Source: Lama glama | Taxonomy: Eukaryota | NCBI GenBank assembly: GCA_028534125.1 | Contig: CM052816.1 | Span: forward strand, 98,272,001 to 98,336,000 | Direction: 5' to 3' | DNA: 64,000 nt | Shown here: positions 61,091 through 64,000 of the stretch, piece after piece | How positions within the stretch are numbered: position 1 is the first letter of the stretch | How the letters are laid out: the number at the start of each line of letters is the position of its first letter | The notes under the pieces: generated by a model | The model's input: only the letters and a program-made list of their open reading frames with translations | Databases searched by the model: none | Told to the model about the DNA's origin: nothing | Position numbers and translations under genes: made by a program

Positions 61091-64000
61091 CGTAGCCCGG
61101 GGCGCTGCGTGTCTCTGCACAGCGCTAAAAGACCACGTGTGTATGAGATGGGTGCTCTGTAGCTTCAGATATTCTGTAACCATTTTTAGGCTCCACCCTG
61201 CACGCGTCTGGAAGTTGGCAGACCCTGGGGAAACAGCCATGCTAGATTCCCCATGCAGTGATCCTTGCTGCGCCTCATCTCTGCGCAAGCGTTTCAACTG
61301 AGCAGCAGCCTCGGAGCGGGAACAGTAACTCGGCAGTGTAGGTTATCTTAATGAACACTTTAAAGGAAGACTTCACCATCTGTTCTGCTTCCTAATTACA
61401 AACCCACACTCATTTGCAGTCGCATCATTAAAAGTGAAATTCTGGCAAAGTGCTCTAAATGCTTGTTGAGCCTGTCCTCTTGATTCTACACTAATTTTCT
61501 CAGTTGTGATATCCTGAAGTCCAAGGCATCACATTTGAGGCAAAGACACAGAAAAGAGTGTCGCTGGACACACACTGTTCAGATGTACGGATTCCTGTGC
61601 TGGCTCTCCTCTGTCTCTGCCTCTGTCTCCCTGCAATTCTTTTACTGCAAACAGGAATTCTCTTTAAGAAGGATTTTGCATTTCAAATTCCCCAAGTGTC
61701 TTTGGTAATTTTAGCATGCTTTAGGGATAAGGGGAGGGTTTAAACGGAAGCCCTTTAAACAGGAATTAAACTCATTTGCACAATTTAGACATACAGATCT
61801 CTCCTGTGAGCATGATAAGGCATTTTACAGAGTTTAACTTTGCAAATATTGTTTCACGTCTCTGCTACCCCCTCTAAGGAATTATTCATCAAGATGAACT
61901 CTAAGGCAAATCAAGAGATACCAAGAGATACGACATGTAGCTTTCAAAATAATCTGCTCATATTCAAAAGACAGTAGGCGTTTTTGCATCTCAGAGGAGG
62001 CTAGGATTGAAGGAAGAATGGATGTGGATCATTAAGACCACTGATACAGCTGTACAGGTAAGCAGGCAGGCAGCCTGGGCCCTCTGAGCATGCACAGCCT
62101 GCAAAACAGCAGTTCCCAGCACCCCTCAGCCCACCCCCTCGGCACGCCGTGAAACCCCTCTCAAGCAGCCCTCTGCCCTCACACAGGGAGGCCTGACTGG
62201 CCTCTGCCATGCACCAGGTGCCGGGGACGGGCGTTTCCATGGGTGTGTCCTGGTTGGTAGGCAGGACAGCAGGTGCGCACAGGACAACACTGAGTCTGGG
62301 TGCAAGGCCGTTTGGGTTGTTTCCTTGGATTCATCGGCCCCGGAGACCACAGGTGTGGTGAGATTCTTGGGGCAGCGACTGGCCCTACGCTGCAGAACTG
62401 CACCAGACCCCAAAGCAGGGGCCACAAGTGGCAAGGAATCTTGGGGTGAACCAGGGGGAAAAGGCCTCAGGTTTCTGTGCGGGTCCAAGGCTCCAACTGA
62501 AATGAATCTGCATGCTCTCCCTTTGGGCCATCCTGGACCACAGCAGCGCAAGAGTCCCCTGAGACCCCAGCGTCACCTGGGACTCAAGTGGCCCCATCGT
62601 CACACATTCTCGTAGCTCCGGCTTCTCCCTGATGACGCGTGCATTTCTGGGAGGCTATGCACACACACTTCGCCATCTGGCCAGCCCCCACATGGCATCT
62701 GCCTGTCACCACACTGGCAGTCCCTGCTGTCCTTGACACTGAGAGTCAGGTATCCCCACCCTCAGGCGGGCACAGGCAGTCTGGCTGCTGTAACCCCACC
62801 CCCGGGTCTTCGGTTTGACGAGGTGTCTCTCTGCAGCTGGAGGGGAAGAATAGGAATGCACCCCTCCCCCAATTCAGGTGGCAATGACAGTAGGTGACCA
62901 AAGGTACCTGTTAGGGTCTCACGGCATCATTTGCTTTTGGGAGAATAGCTCTTTCAGGTGTAGCCCCACGTCTACGTGACACCTCTAAATGGGTCTCTGG
63001 GCTGCCAGGCCAGGGAAGGGTCAGCAGGGTGGATGCCAACTGTGCTTTGAGTCGCCCTCACTCAGACCAGTTCTGGTGTCTTAGCACTGAGGGGGCCCCT
63101 GTCCCTCGAGCTAACTGGTCACCAGGAAGCCCTGCAGCGCTTTATGCAGACACAGCCCTCCAGGCAGCCCTCACATGCGCCCAGGCCTTCACCAGCCCCC
63201 ACCAGGGCCAAGTGCTGTGGCGTCTGCCACTCAAGGAAAAGACTCCACTTCCACAGTGGGGGGAGTCCCAGTGCCCTGCTGCTCCGTGATGGAGTGTAAG
63301 CCCCGAGGTTGTGCCACGAGCCTTCCTCACATACACACACATCGCTGAGCTGTTGCGCATTTCCACTGGCTTTTGCCTGAGCAAGCTGCCCTCCAAACAA
63401 ACAAAACATTCCTTTGAAAACAATCGCCTCCAAAATAATAGGGCCAACAAAACCCACACTCCTTAGTGACGGGAGAAAAACCCAGGGTGCAAACAAAAAG
63501 ATTATAATGAATCATCTAACATTTATATGACCCATCAGTCAGTCTTCATTTTCTTTGTTGTGTGTGAATTTCCTTCTTCTTAGCAATCAATCTCTCACTC
63601 AGGAAAACGTGAGCATCTCGGCATTATTGCCTGTAAGGTCCAAAGAGAAAACAGTCACTACAAATGGCTGAAACACCAAAGACGCAGCTGCAGTAGACTC
63701 TGCCATTTCAGTTCCCCAAGCGTCAAAACAAATGTAAATAATGACAAGGTTTAGAACTTAAATCACGTGAGCTGTAGTAACAGATTGAAACATACGCCAG
63801 CTTTGCAAGGCCAGAAGTACAAGACCTGAGGTGTGTTCATGCTTCAGGGAGGCTGTGGAGCGTGCATCCTTTGGTTACAAATTGCAAAGTCACAATTTCC
63901 AACTAGGGGCAATGAGAAGAATGGAGAACAGGTTTGGAGACATTGGCACTGGCAGTGGCCCTGGAAGTCCAGGATATTTTTGCTCACTTGATCTCATTTT

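Noticed and set aside
1..64000. CRISPR array, operon, viral gag/pol/env or processed pseudogene
   Set aside because: I saw no regularly spaced repeats, no gene-dense ORFs, no retroviral internal sequence beside the LTRs and no recognisable retrocopy.

Overview
This is mammalian nuclear DNA, very probably camelid (camel, alpaca or llama), judged from two tRNA-derived SINEs of the camelid Vic-1 type. It reads as intergenic or deep-intronic sequence. I recognise no protein-coding gene, RNA gene, CRISPR array or prokaryotic feature. The ORF-track entries with recognisable homology are decayed LINE-1 ORF2 or HAL1 ORF1 fragments. Much of the window is transposon fossils: L1, L2, MIR, MaLR MLT1, ERVL MLT2/LTR16-like, two solo ERV LTRs, Tigger and MER5 DNA elements and SINEs, often nested and several with readable target-site duplications (TSDs). 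Between them lie repeat-free blocks rich in homeodomain, MEIS, FOX and ETS motifs that look like enhancers. There is one 100-N assembly gap. I found no convincing novel biological system. The best leads are a twin-primed inverted L1 insertion with a 21-nt junction duplication, a speculative minus-strand chain of phase-compatible exons, a textbook non-coding plus-strand exon, and several candidate enhancers. Repeat family names come from remembered consensus motifs and were not checked by alignment. Boundaries without a TSD are approximate to tens of bp.
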